This document shows positions 25,653 through 39,441 of a stretch of 64,000 nucleotides of DNA, in pieces. The notes under the pieces are model-generated. The model saw only the letters and a list, made by a program, of their open reading frames with translations, did no database searches and had not been told where the DNA came from. The position numbers and the translations under genes were made by a program. How positions within the stretch are numbered: the stretch's first letter is position 1; the number at the start of each line of letters is the position of its first letter. Location of the stretch: the NCBI GenBank assembly GCA_951406725.2, contig OX597815.1:152024001-152088000 (forward strand), written 5' to 3'. Source of the stretch: Octopus vulgaris. Taxonomy: Eukaryota.

Positions 25653-25688
25653 CGACTGGCGCTTCATTTCCATCCCGCATGTGTGGGT
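25653..25688 (-). CDS. Micro-exon type C (36 nt, phase 1-1): (D)PHMRDGNEAPV
   Basis: atttcag|ACCCACACATGCGGGATGGAAATGAAGCGCCAGTCG|gtgagtat; 21/36 G+C within AT-rich flanks. Confidence 0.72.
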
Positions 25689-28394
25689 CTGAAATTCATA
25701 ATTTCAAGTGTTATAATTTATAGTAAAATTTACCTGCATACACATTCAAACAAAAAGCGATAATTATTAATCTAAACTTTTACCAATTAAAGACATTAAC
25801 AGCAACACTGACCAAATGATTTCACAGTTAGACTTTCTAATGTTTGTTCAGATTTTGTGATTGAGCCTCATACTTTACCAAAGCCAAATTTGATGTTCCA
25901 GTAGATAACACTGTCTTTGATAATTGGATTCTTAAGATGTTAGTAAATCATTAACCATCTCACAAATAATTGTATCTTAGCTTCATCCATTCGGTCATGT
26001 CATTCTCCACCTCTCTTTCAAGTCATTGTTCTTATCATCCTTTTCTTGTAACTTTCACTCCCTACATCCTCATTATTCTTCCGTTATCACTTAAACTTAT
26101 CACTTTCTCAACATGTCTTCATGATTGTAAAAACACATCAGAGAGCAATGAGAATTGTATCATATTATGAGATGCAAATAACATGACCAGTGCTAGCACT
26201 ATGAGGAAATGGCCCCAGTACACACTTGAAAGTGATTGATAAATGAGAGGAGACAGCATAATTTTCTGTGGAACGTTCAATCTAATTGTGGACATTGGAT
26301 TCTGATGCTGCCCATCAGCTTGTCGGCTCTGGTCAAACTGTCTAACCCAGGCCAGCATGGACAATGGACGTAAAATGATGATGATGATGATGACAATCTT
26401 ATTAGTGCCTGTGTTACAATAAAACATACCCAAGAGACTTTATAAAATTGTTGCTGTTAAGATGGTATCTTGTCAGAGAAAATCCAGAGTATTTAAGAGA
26501 GATGTGTGGCTACCTCAAGCAGTCAAAGTGGATGTTAAGTCTGAATAAGAACTGGCTTGGATATTGATGACCCATCTAATCGACGGGAGCATGGAAGCAG
26601 ATGATGAATGATAATGAGATTATCATTTATTTTTTTGTATTTATTATTTTGCATCTTGCAGCCTGTATATAATCTTTAGGACTTGAAACTTACACCTGTG
26701 TAGCAGGGTCTGACTTACAGAAACTGTCGTGTGATGTTATTGTTAATATAAGATCAACATCAAAAAGAACATCTAATCTCATTCATGTTACTACTGTTTT
26801 ACTACATTTGTCACTGATATTAATTAAGACCAACTATTTACAAAAGGTCACAGTAATGCTTCATATAATATATCTAAATAGTATCATAAATATACAGAAA
26901 TATTTAACATTTTATTTTAGGACACAATAACATCTGAACCTTATTGGACTATAGGAGTCAATAATGTCAGTTTGTTGAGAAGTGGTTGTGTGCACAAGAA
27001 AAACAGTAGAATTACTTACACAGATTGTTAATAAAGTTTAAATCTGTTGGATGAGAGTAGATGATGCTGTTATAAAATCAGGTTAAATTTCAGACGTACA
27101 AATGTAAATCAATAAATGAATAATATCTGATTCATTACATGATTCATGTTAACAGTTTGTATATGTAATACAAAAAAAATACTGTCTGACATTGCAATAC
27201 TAGATATCTATATAAATTGTATATATTCTGAGTAAAAAGAAGTGACTTTCATTACAGTGAATATGATTATGTCTCAGCACAGATCTATATTGTAGAAGTT
27301 CCATCATCATCGTTATCATCATCATGATTGTTGTCGTCAATTAATATCTGCTTTCCATGCTGACATGTATTGGATGGTCTGACTGAGAGCTGGCAAGCCA
27401 GAAGGTTGCACCAGTCTCCAAACTGATCTGACATGTGTGCATATATATGTAAACATACATATACATGCATACATATATATGCATATATATACAGACATAT
27501 ACATACACAAATATATCACAGTGAAAGTATTAACTCACATTACAATGGCGATTCTACTGTTTCACTTTTGACAAGTAATACTGAAATAGTGTAAGAGATA
27601 AGAGATTGCTCTTAGAACACATTAGGCAAGAAGTTGAAAATTTGTTTGGCCCATGACACTGCATGGACCTGAAGTGAGGCATGTGTGAAATTTGTATGAA
27701 ATCAGCTGGGTAGTTCTCGAGTTTTAGTGATGCACACATACATACAGACACACATTTACATGCACACATACATGCATTCTCAGTAATATATATATATATA
27801 TATCTTTATATAGACTATAAAACATATTCTAACCTGAGATATTCTGGGAAGATAATCCAGCGAGAAATAATATAGCATATCACATATTAGACTACCGTAA
27901 AAATCTGACAACCTCATAAGATGATCAATCAAGAAGAACTTCTAAAGAACGATTTTATAAACAAAGGAAATTATCTTTAACAATTTTTACCACTTAAAAA
28001 TATTTCCAGTTTAGATTTGTTATTTAATCTCCTACATTAGAAAGCTGAGAATAATGTTCTAATAAGTACTTTTGACTTTAATTATCAGTTTCCCAAGATG
28101 TTAATAACATCATTAATCATCACTGTTGGCTGGCAACTGACAGTCACTCAGTCTTGTCATTCTCCAACTCTCTTTCAAATCACCATTATTATCCTCGTTT
28201 TCTCACAACTTTCACTCCCTGCATCCTCATTATTCTTCTGTCATCACTTCTCAATGTGTCACCTTGAATGAAAGAACATATCATAAGAGCAGTAAGAACT
28301 GTCTAATTTTATGGGACGCAAGAAAAACTGACCAATGCTAGTCCTCAAGGGAAAACTTATAGAAATCAATTTAGTACTTTAGTTTTATACTCAC

Positions 28395-28430
28395 CGACTG
28401 GCGCTTCATTTCCATCCCGCATGTGTGGGT
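28395..28430 (-). CDS. Micro-exon type C (36 nt)
   Basis: Identical to 25653-25688 with intact ttcag/gtgagt. Confidence 0.72.
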
Positions 28431-31136
28431 CTGAAATTCATAATTTCAAGTGTTATAATTTATAGTAAAATTTACCTGCATACACATTCACACAAAAAGC
28501 TATAATTATTAATCTAAACTTTTACCAATTAAAGACATTAACAGCAACACTGACCAAATGATTTCACAGTTAGTCTTTCTAATCTTTGTTCAGATTTTGT
28601 GATTGAGCCTCATACTTTACCGAAGCCAAATTTGATGTTCCAGTAGATAACACGGTCTTTGATAATTGGATTCTTAAGATGTTAGTAAATCATTAACCAT
28701 CTCACAAATAATTGTATCTTAGCTTCATCCATTCGGTCATGTCATTCTCCACCTCTCTTTCAAGTCATTGTTCTTATCATCCTTTTCTTGTAACTTTCAC
28801 TCCCTACATCCTCATTATTCTTCCGTTATCACTTAAACTTATCACTTTCTTAACATGTCTTCATGATTGTAAAAACACATCAGAGAGCAATGAGAATTGT
28901 ATCATATTATGAGATGCAAATAACATGACCAGTGCTAGCACTATGAGGAAATGGCCTCAGTACACACTTGAAAGTGATTGATAAATGAGAGGAGACAGCA
29001 TAATTTTCTGTGGAACGTTCAATCTAATTGTGGACATTGGATTCTGATGCTGCCCATCAGCTTGTCGGCTCTGGTCAAACTGTCTAACCCAGGCCAGCAT
29101 GGACAATGGACGTAAAATGATGATGATGATGATGACAATCTTATTAGTGCCTGTGTTACAATAAAACATACCCAAGAGACTTTATAAAATTGTTGCTGTT
29201 AAGATGGTATCTTGTCATAGAAAATCCAGAGTATTTAAGAGAGATGTGTGGCTACTTCAAGCAGTCAAAGTGGATGTTAAGTCTGAATAAGAACTGGCTT
29301 GGATATTGATGACCCATCTAATCGACGGGAGCATGGAAGCAGATGATGAATGATAATGACATTATCATTTATTTTTTTGTATTTATTATTTTGCATCTTG
29401 CAGCCTGTATATAATCTTTAGGACTTGAAACTTACACCTGTGTAGCAGGGTCTGACTTACAGAAACTGTCGTGTGATGTTATTGTTAATATAAGATCAAC
29501 ATCAAAAAGAACATCTAATCTCATTCATGTTACTACTGTTTTACTACATTTGTCACTGATATTAATTAAGACCAACTATTTACAAAAGGTCACAGTAATG
29601 CTTCATATAATATATCTAAATAGTATCATAAATATACAGAAATATTTAACATTTTATTTTAGGACACAATAACATCTGAACCTTATTGGACTATAGGAGT
29701 CAATAATGTCAGTTTGTTGAGAAGTGGTTGTGTGCACAAGAAAAACAGTAGAATTACTTACACAGATGGTAATAAAGTTTAAATCTGTTGGATGAGAGTA
29801 GATGATGCTGTTATAAAATCAGGTTAAATTTCAGACATACAAATGTAAATCAATAAATGAATAATATCTGATTCATTACATGATTCATGTTAACAGTTTG
29901 TATATGTAATACAAAAAAAATACTGTCTGACATTGCAATACTAGATATCTATATAAATTGTATATATTCTGAGTAAAAAAGAAGTGACTTTCATTACAGT
30001 GAATATGATTATGTCTCAGCACAGATCTATATTGTAGAAGTTCCATCATCATCGTTATCATCATCATGATTGTTGTCGTCAATTAATATCTGCTTTCCAT
30101 GCTGACATGTATTGGACGGTCTGACTGAGAGCTGGCAAGCCAGAAGGTTGCACCAGTCTCCAAACTGATCTGACATGTGTGCATATATATGTAAACATAC
30201 ATATACATGCATACATATATATGCATATATATACAGACATATACATACACAAATATATCACAGTGAAAGTATTAACTCACATTACAATGGCGATTCTACT
30301 GTTTCACTTTTGACAAGTAATACTGAAATAGTGTAAGAGATAAGAGATTGCTCTTAGAACACATTAGGCAAGAAGTTGAAAATTTGTTTGGCCCATGACA
30401 CTGCATGGACCTGAAGTGAGGCATGTGTGAAATTTGTATGAAATCAGCTGGGTAGTTCTCGAGTTTTAGTGATGCACACATACATACAGACACACATTTA
30501 CATGCACACATACATGCATTCTCAGTAATATATATATATATATATCTTTATATAGACTATAAAACATATTCTAACCTGAGATATTCTGGGAAGATAATCC
30601 AGCGAGAAATAATATAGCATATCACATATTAGACTACCGTAAAAATCTGACAACCTCATAAGATGATCAATCAAGAAGAACTTCTAGAGAACGATTTTAT
30701 AAACAAAGGAAATTATCTTTAACAATTTTCACCACTTAAAAATATTTCCAGTTGAGATTTGTTATTTAATATCCTACATTAGAAAGCTGAGAATGATGTT
30801 CTTATAAGTACTTTTGACTTTAATTATCAGTTTCCCAAGATGTTAATAACATCATTAAATATCACTGTTGGCTGGCAACTGACAGTCACTCAGTCTTGTC
30901 ATTCTCCAACTCTCTTTCAAATCACCATTATTATCCTCGTTTTATCACAACTTTCACTCCCTGCATCCTCATTATTCTTCTGTCATCACTTCTCAATGTG
31001 TCACCTTGAATGAAAGAACATATCATAAGAGCAGTAAGAACTGTCTAATTTTATGGGACGCAAGAAAAACTGACCAATGCTAGTCCTCAAGGGAAAACTT
31101 ATAGAAATCAATTTAGTACTTTAGTTTTATACTCAC

Positions 31137-31172
31137 CGACTGGCGCTTCATTTCCATCCCGCATGTGTGGGT
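31137..31172 (-). CDS. Micro-exon type C (36 nt)
   Basis: Identical copy, splice sites intact. Confidence 0.72.
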
Positions 31173-33887
31173 CTGAAATTCATAATTTCAAGTGTTATAA
31201 TTTAAAGTAAAATTTACCTGCATACACATTTACACGAAAAGCTATAATTATTAATCTAAACTTTTACCAATTAAAGACATTAACAGCAACACTGACCAAA
31301 TGATTTCACAGTTAGACTTTCTAATGTTTGTTCAGATTTTGTGATTGAGCCTCATACTATAACAAAGCCAAATTTGATGTTCCAGTAGATAACACTGTCT
31401 TTGATAATTGGATTCTTAAGATGTTAGTAAATCATTAACCATCTCACAAATAATTGTATCTTAGCTTCATCCATTCGGTCATGTCATTCTCCACCTCTCT
31501 TTCAAGTCATTGTTCTTATCATCCTTTTCTTGTAACTTTCACTCCCTACATCCTCATTATTCTTCCGTTATCACTTAAACTTATCACTTTCTCAACATGT
31601 CTTCATGATTGTAAAAACACATCAGAGAGCAATGAGAATTGTATCATATTATGAGATGCAAATAACATGACCAGTGCTAGCACTATGAGGAAATGGCCCC
31701 AGTACACATTTGAAAGTGATTGATAAATGAGAGGAGACAGCATAATTTTCTGTGGAACGTTCAATCTAATTGTGGACATTGGATTCTGATGCTGCCCATC
31801 AGCTTGTCGGCTCTGGTCAAACTGTCTAACCCAGGCCAGCATGGACAATGGACGTAAAATGATGATGATGATGATGATGACAATCTTATTAGTGCCTGTG
31901 TTACAATAAAACATACCCAAGAGACTTTATAAAATGGTTGCTGTTAAGATGGTATCTTGTCATAGAAAATCCAGAGTATTTAAGAGAGATGTGTGGCTAC
32001 CTCAAGCAGTCAAAGTGGATGTTAAGTCTGAATAAGAACTGGCTTGGATATTGATGACCCATCTAATCGACGGGAGCATGGAAGCAGATGATGAATGATA
32101 ATGACATTATCATTTATTTTTTTGTATTTATTATTTTGCATCTTGCAGCCTGTATATAATCTTTAGGACTTGAAACTTACACCTGTGTAGCAGGGTCTGA
32201 CTTACAGAAACTGTCGTGTGATGTTATTGTTAATATAAGATCAACATCAAAAAGAACATCTAATCTAATTCATGTTACTACTGTTTTACTACATTTGTCA
32301 CTGATATTAATTAAGACCAACTATTTACAAAAGGTCACAGTAATGCTTCATATAATATATCTAAATAGTATCATAAATATACAGAAATATTTAACATTTT
32401 ATTTTAGGACACAATAACATCTGAACCTTATTGGACTATAGGAGTCAATAATGTCAGTTTGTTGAGAAGTGGTTGTGTGCACAAGAAAAACAGTAGAATT
32501 ACTTACACAGATGGTAATAAAGTTTAAATCTGTTGGATGAGAGTAGATGATGCTGTTATAAAATCAGGTTAAATTTCAGACGTACAAATGTAAATCAATA
32601 AATGAATAATATCTGATTCATTACATGATTCATGTTAACAGTTTGTATATGTAATACAAAAAAAATACTGTCTGACATTGCAATACTAGATATCTATATA
32701 AATTGTATATATTCTGAGTAAAAAATAAGTGACTTTCATTACAGTGAATATGATTATGTCTCAACACAGATCTATATTGTAGAAGTTCCATCATTATCGT
32801 TATCATCATCATGATTGTTGTCGTCAATTAATATCTGCTATCCATGCTGACATGTATTGGACGGTCTGACTGAGAGCTGGCAAGCCAGAAGGTTGCACCA
32901 GTCTCCAAACTGATCTGACATGTGTGCATATATATGTAAACATACATATACATGCATACATATATATGCATATATATACAGACATATACATACACAAATA
33001 TATCACAGTGAAAGTATTAACTCACATTACAATGGCGATTCTATTGTTTCACTTTTGACAAGTAATACTGAAATAGTGTAAGAGATAAGAGATTGCTCTT
33101 AGAACACATTAGGCAAGAAGTTGAAAATTTGTTTGGCCCATGACACTGCATGGACCTGAAGTAAGGCATGTGTGAAATTTGTATGAAATCAGCTGGGTAA
33201 TTCTCGAGTTTTAGTGATGCACACATACATACAGACACACATTTACATGCACACATACATGCATTCTCAGTAATATATATATATATATATATATATCTTT
33301 ATATAGACTATAAAACATATTCTAACCTGAGATATTCTGGGAAGATAATCCAGCGAGAAATAATATAGCATATCACATATTAGACTACCGTAAAAATCTG
33401 ACAACCTCATAAGATTGAAAATCAAGAAGAACTTCTAGGGAACGATTTTATAAACAAAGGAAATTATCTTTAACAATTTTCACCACTTAAAAATATTTCC
33501 AGTTCAGATTTGTTATTTAATCTCCTACATTAGAAAGCTGAGAATGATGTTCTTATAAGTACTTTTGACTTTAATTATGAGTTTCCCAAGATGTTAATAA
33601 CATCATTAATCATCACTGTTGGCTGGCAACTGACAGTCACTCAGTCTTGTCATTCTCCAACTCTCTTTCAAATCACCATTATTATCCTCGTTTTCTCACA
33701 ACTTTCACTCCCTGCATCCTCATTATTCTTCTGTCATCACTTCTCAATGTGTCACCTTGAATGAAAGAACATATCATAAGAGCAGTAAGAACTGTCTAAT
33801 TTTATGGGATGCAAGAAAAACTGACCAATGCTAGTCCTCAAGGGAAAACTTATAGAAATCAATTTAGTACTTTAGTTTTATACTCAC

Positions 33888-33923
33888 CGACTGGCGCTTC
33901 ATTTCCATCCCGCATGTGTGGGT
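33888..33923 (-). CDS. Micro-exon type C (36 nt)
   Basis: Identical copy, splice sites intact. Confidence 0.72.
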
Positions 33924-36633
33924 CTGAAATTCATAATTTCAAGTGTTATAATTTATAGTAAAATTTACCTGCATACACATTCAAACAAAAAGCTATAATT
34001 ATTAATCTAAACTTTTACCAATTAAATACATTAACAGCAACACTGACCAAATGATTTCACAGTTAGACTTTCTAATGTTTGTTCAGATTTTGTGATTGAG
34101 CCTCATACTATACCAAAGCCAAATTTGATGCTCCAGTAGATAACACTGTCTTTGATAATTGGATTCTTAAGATGTTAGTAAATCATTAACCATCTCACAA
34201 ATAATTGTATCTTAGCTTCATCCATTCGGTCATGTCATTCTCCACCTCTCTTTCAAGTCATTGTTCTTATCATCCTTTTCTTGTAACTTTCACTCCCTAC
34301 ATCCTCATTATTCTTCCGTTATCACTTAAACTTATCACTTTCTCAACATGTCTTCATGATTGTAAAAACACATCAGAGAGCAATGAGAATTGTATCATAT
34401 TATGAGATGCAAATAACATGACCAGTGCTAGCACTATGAGGAAATGGCCCCAGTACACATTTGAAAGTGATTGATAAATGAGAGGAGACAGCATAATTTT
34501 CTGTGGAACGTTCAATCTAATTGTGGACATTGGATTCTGATGCTGCCCATCAGCTTGTCGGCTCTGGTCAAACTGTCTAACCCAGGCCAGCATGGACAAT
34601 GGACGTAAAATGATGATGATGATGATGACAATCTTATTAGTGCCTGTGTTACAATAAAACATACCCAAGAGACTTTATAAAATGGTTGCTGTTAAGATGG
34701 TATCTTGTCATAGAAAATCCAGAGTATTTAAGAGAGATGTGTGGCTACCTCAAGCAGTCAAAGTGGATGTTAAGTCTGAATAAGAACTGGCTTGGATATT
34801 GATGACCCATCTAATCGACGGGAGCATGGAAGCAGATGATGAATGATAATGACATTATCATTTATTTTTTTTGTATTTATTATTTTGCATCTTGCAGCCT
34901 GTATATAATCTTTAGGACTTGAAACTTACACCTGTGTAGCAGGGTCTGACTTACAGAAACTGTCGTGTGATGTTATTGTTAATATAAGATCAACATCAAA
35001 AAGAACATCTAATCTAATTCATGTTACTACTGTTTTACTACATTTGTCACTGATATTAATTAAGACCAACTATTTACAAAAGGTCACAGTAATGCTTCAT
35101 ATAATATATCTAAATAGTATCATAAATATACAGAAATATTTAACATTTTATTTTAGGACACAATAACATCTGAACCTTATTGGACTATAGGAGTCAATAA
35201 TGTCAGTTTGTTGAGAAGTGGTTGTGTGCACAAGAAAAACAGTAGAATTACTTACACAGATGGTAATAAAGTTTAAATCTGTTGGATGAGAGTAGATGAT
35301 GCTGTTATAAAATCAGGTTAAATTTCAGACGTACAAATGTAAATCAATAAATGAATAATATCTGATTCATTACATGATTCATGTTAACAGTTTGTATATG
35401 TAATACAAAAAAAATACTGTCTGACATTGCAATACTAGATATCTATATAAATTGTATTATATTCTGAGTAAAAAATAAGTGACTTTCATTACAGTGAATA
35501 TGATTATGTCTCAACACAGATCTATATTGTAGAAGTTCCATCATTATCGTTATCATCATCATGATTGTTGTCGTCAATTAATATCTGCTTTCCATGCTGA
35601 CATGTATTGGACGGTCTGACTGAGAGCTGGCAAGCCAGAAGGTTGCACCAGTCTCCAAACTGATCTGACATGTGTGCATATATATGTAAACATACATATA
35701 CATGCATACATATATATGCATATATATACAGACATATACATACACAAATATATCACAGTGAAAGTATTAACTCAAATTACAATGGCGATTCTATTGTTTC
35801 ACTTTTGACAAGTAATACTGAAATAGTGTAAGAGATAAGAGATTGCTCTTAGAACACATTAGGCAAGAAGTTGAAAATTTGTTTGGCCCATGACACTGCA
35901 TGGACCTGAAGTAAGGCATGTGTGAAATTTGTATGAAATCAGCTGGGTAGTTCTCGAGTTTTAGTGATGCACACATACATACAGACACACATTTACATGC
36001 ACACATACATGCATTCTCAGTAATATATATATATATATATATCTTTATATAGACTATAAAACATATTCTAACCTGAGATATTCTGGGAAGATAATCCAGC
36101 GAGAAATAATATAGCATATCACATATTAGACTACCGTAAAAATCTGACAACCTCATAAGATGATCAATCAAGAAGAACTTCTAGAGAACGATTTTATAAA
36201 CAAAGGAAATTATCTTTAACAAGTTTCACCACTTAAAAATATTTCCAGTTGAGATTTGTTATTTAATCTCCTACATTAGAAAGCTGAGAATGATGTTCTT
36301 ATAAGTACTTTTGACTTTAATTATCAGTTTCCCAAGATGTTAATAACATCATTAAATATCACTGTTGGCTGGCAACTGACAGTCACTCAGTCTTGTCATT
36401 CTCCAACTCTCTTTCAAATCACCATTATTATCCTCGTTTTCTCACAACTTTCACTCCCTGCATCCTCATTATTCTTCTGTCATCACTTCTCAATGTGTCA
36501 CCTTGAATGAAAGAACATATCATAAGAGCAGTAAGAACTGTCTAATTTTATGGGACGCAAGAAAAACTGACCAATGCTAGTCCTCAAGGGAAAACTTATA
36601 GAAATCAATTTAGTACTTTAGTTTTATACTCAC

Positions 36634-36669
36634 CGACTGGCGCTTCATTTCCATCCCGCATGTGTGGGT
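36634..36669 (-). CDS. Micro-exon type C (36 nt)
   Basis: Identical copy, splice sites intact. Confidence 0.72.
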
Positions 36670-39405
36670 CTGAAATTCATAATTTCAAGTGTTATAATTT
36701 ATAGTAAAATTTACCTGCATACACATTCACACAAAAAGCTATAATTATTAATCTAAACTTTTACCAATTAAAGACATTAACAGCAACACTGACCAAATGA
36801 TTTCACAGTTAGACTTTCTAATGTTTGTTCAGATTTTGTGATTGAGCCTCATACTATAACAAAGCCAAATTTGATGTTCCAGTAGATAACACTGTCTTTG
36901 ATAATTGGATTCTTAAGATGTTAGTAAATCATTAACCATCTCACAAATAATTGTATCTTAGCTTCATCCATTCGGTCATGTCATTCTCCACCTCTCTTTA
37001 ATGTCATTGTTCTTATCATCCTTTTCTTGTAACTTTCACTCCCTACATCCTCATTATTCTTCCGTTATCACTTAAACTTATCACTTTCTAAACCTGTCTT
37101 CATGATTGTAAAAGCACATCAGAGAGCAATGAGAATTGTATCATATTATGAGATGCAAATAACATGACCAGTGCTAGCACTATGAGGAAATGGCCCCAGT
37201 ACACACTTGAAAGTGATTGATAAATGAGAGGAGACAGCATAATTTTCTGTGGAACGTTCAATCTAATTGTGGACATTGGATTCTGATGCTGCCCATCAGC
37301 TTGTCGGCTCTGGTCAAACTGTCTAACCCAGGCCAGCATGGACAATGGACGTAAAATGATGATGATGATGATGACAATCTTATTAGTGCCTGTGTTACAA
37401 TAAAACATACCCAAGAGACTTTATAAAATGGTTGCTGTTAAGATGGTATCTTGTCATAGAAAATCCAGAGTATTTAAGAGAGATGTGTGGCTACCTCAAG
37501 CAGTCAAAGTGGATGTTAAGTCTGAATAAGAACTGGCTTGGATATTGATGACCCATCTAATCGACGGGAGCATGGAAGCAGATGATGAATGATAATGACA
37601 TTATCATTTATTTTTTTGTATTTATTATTTTGCATCTTGCAGCCTGTATATAATCTTTAGGACTTGAAACTTACACCTGTGTAGCAGGGTCTGACTTACA
37701 GAAACTGTCGTGTGATGTTATTGTTAATATAAGATCAACATCAAAAAGAACATCTAATCTCATTCATGTTACTACTGTTTTACTACATTTGTCACTGATA
37801 TTAATTAAGACCAACTATTTACAAAAGGTCACAGTAATGCTTCATATAATATATCTAAATAGTATCAAAAATATACAGAAATATTTAACATTTTATTTTA
37901 GGACACAATAACATCTGAACCTTATTGGACTATAGGAGTCAATAATGTCAGTTTGTTGAGAAGTGGTTGTGTGCACAAGAAAAACAGTAGAATTACTTAC
38001 ACAGATGGTAATAAAGTTTAAATCTGTTGGATGAGAGTAGATGATGCTGTTATAAAATCAGGTTAAATTTCAGACGTACAAATGTAAATCAATAAATGAA
38101 TAATATCTGATTCATTACATGATTCATGTTAACAGTTTGTATATGTAATACAAAAAAAATACTGTCTGACATTGCAATACTAGATATCTATATAAATTGT
38201 ATATATTCTGAGTAAAAAAGAAGTGACTTTCATTACAGTGAATATGATTATGTCTCAGCACAGATCTATATTGTAGAAGTTCCATCATCATCGTTATCAT
38301 CATCATGATTGTTGTCGTCAATTAATATCTGCTTTCCATGCTGACATGTATTGGACGGTCTGACTGAGAGCTGGCAAGCCAGAAGGTTGCACCAGTCTCC
38401 AAACTGATCTGACATGTGTGCATATATATGTAAACATACATATACATGCATACATATATATGCATATATATACAGACATATACATACACAAATATATCAC
38501 AGTGAAAGTATTAACTCACATTACTATGGCGATTCTACTGTTTCACTTTTGACAAGTAATACTGAAATAGTGTAAGAGATAAGAGATTGCTCTTAGAACA
38601 CATTAGGCAAGAAGTTGAAAATTTGTTTGGCCCATGACACTGCATGGACCTGAAGTGAGGCATGTGTGAAATTTGTATGAAATCAGCTGGGTAGTTCTCG
38701 AGTTTTAGTGATGCACACATACATACAGACACACATTTACATGCACACATACATACAGACACACATTTACATGCACACATACATGCATTCTCAGTAATAT
38801 ATATATATATATATCTTTATATAGACTATAAAACATATTCTAACCTGAGATATTCTGGGAAGATAATCCAGCGAGAAATAATATAGCATATCACATATTA
38901 GACTACCGTAAAAATCTGACAACCTCATAAGATGATCAATCAAGAAGAACTTCTAAAGAACGATTTTATAAACAAAGGAAATTATCTTTAACAATTTTTA
39001 CCACTTAAAAATATTTCCAGTTTAGATTTGTTATTTAATCTCCTACATTAGAAAGCTGAGAATAATGTTCTAATAAGTACTTTTGACTTTAATTATCAGT
39101 TTCCCAAGATGTTAATAACATCATTAATCATCACTGTTGGCTGGCAACTGACAGTCACTCAGTCTTGTCATTCTCCAACTCTCTTTCAAATCACCATTAT
39201 TATCCTCGTTTTCTCACAACTTTCACTCCCTGCATCCTCATTATTCTTCTGTCATCACTTCTCAATGTGTCACCTTGAATGAAAGAACATATCATAAGAG
39301 CAGTAAGAACTGTCTAATTTTATGGGACGCAAGAAAAACTGACCAATGCTAGTCCTCAAGGGAAAACTTATAGAAATCAATTGAGTACTTTAGTTTTATA
39401 CTCAC

Positions 39406-39441
39406 CGACTGGCGCTTCATTTTCATCCCGCATGTGTGGGT
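39406..39441 (-). CDS. Micro-exon type C variant (36 nt): (D)PHMRDENEAPV
   Basis: Plus strand cattttcatcccg instead of catttccatcccg, i.e. GGA>GAA (G>E); splice sites intact. Confidence 0.7.

Noticed and set aside
26685-26730. Second minus-strand exon per unit ending at CAGGT|GTAAGT (plus strand aaacttac)
   Set aside because: No good upstream acceptor with an open frame; better explained as the antisense of the TYTCVA Ig relic.
38722-38785. 30-bp duplication in one unit, and a 20-bp duplication at ~62880-62917
   Set aside because: Ordinary slippage in intronic low-complexity sequence; no effect on exons.
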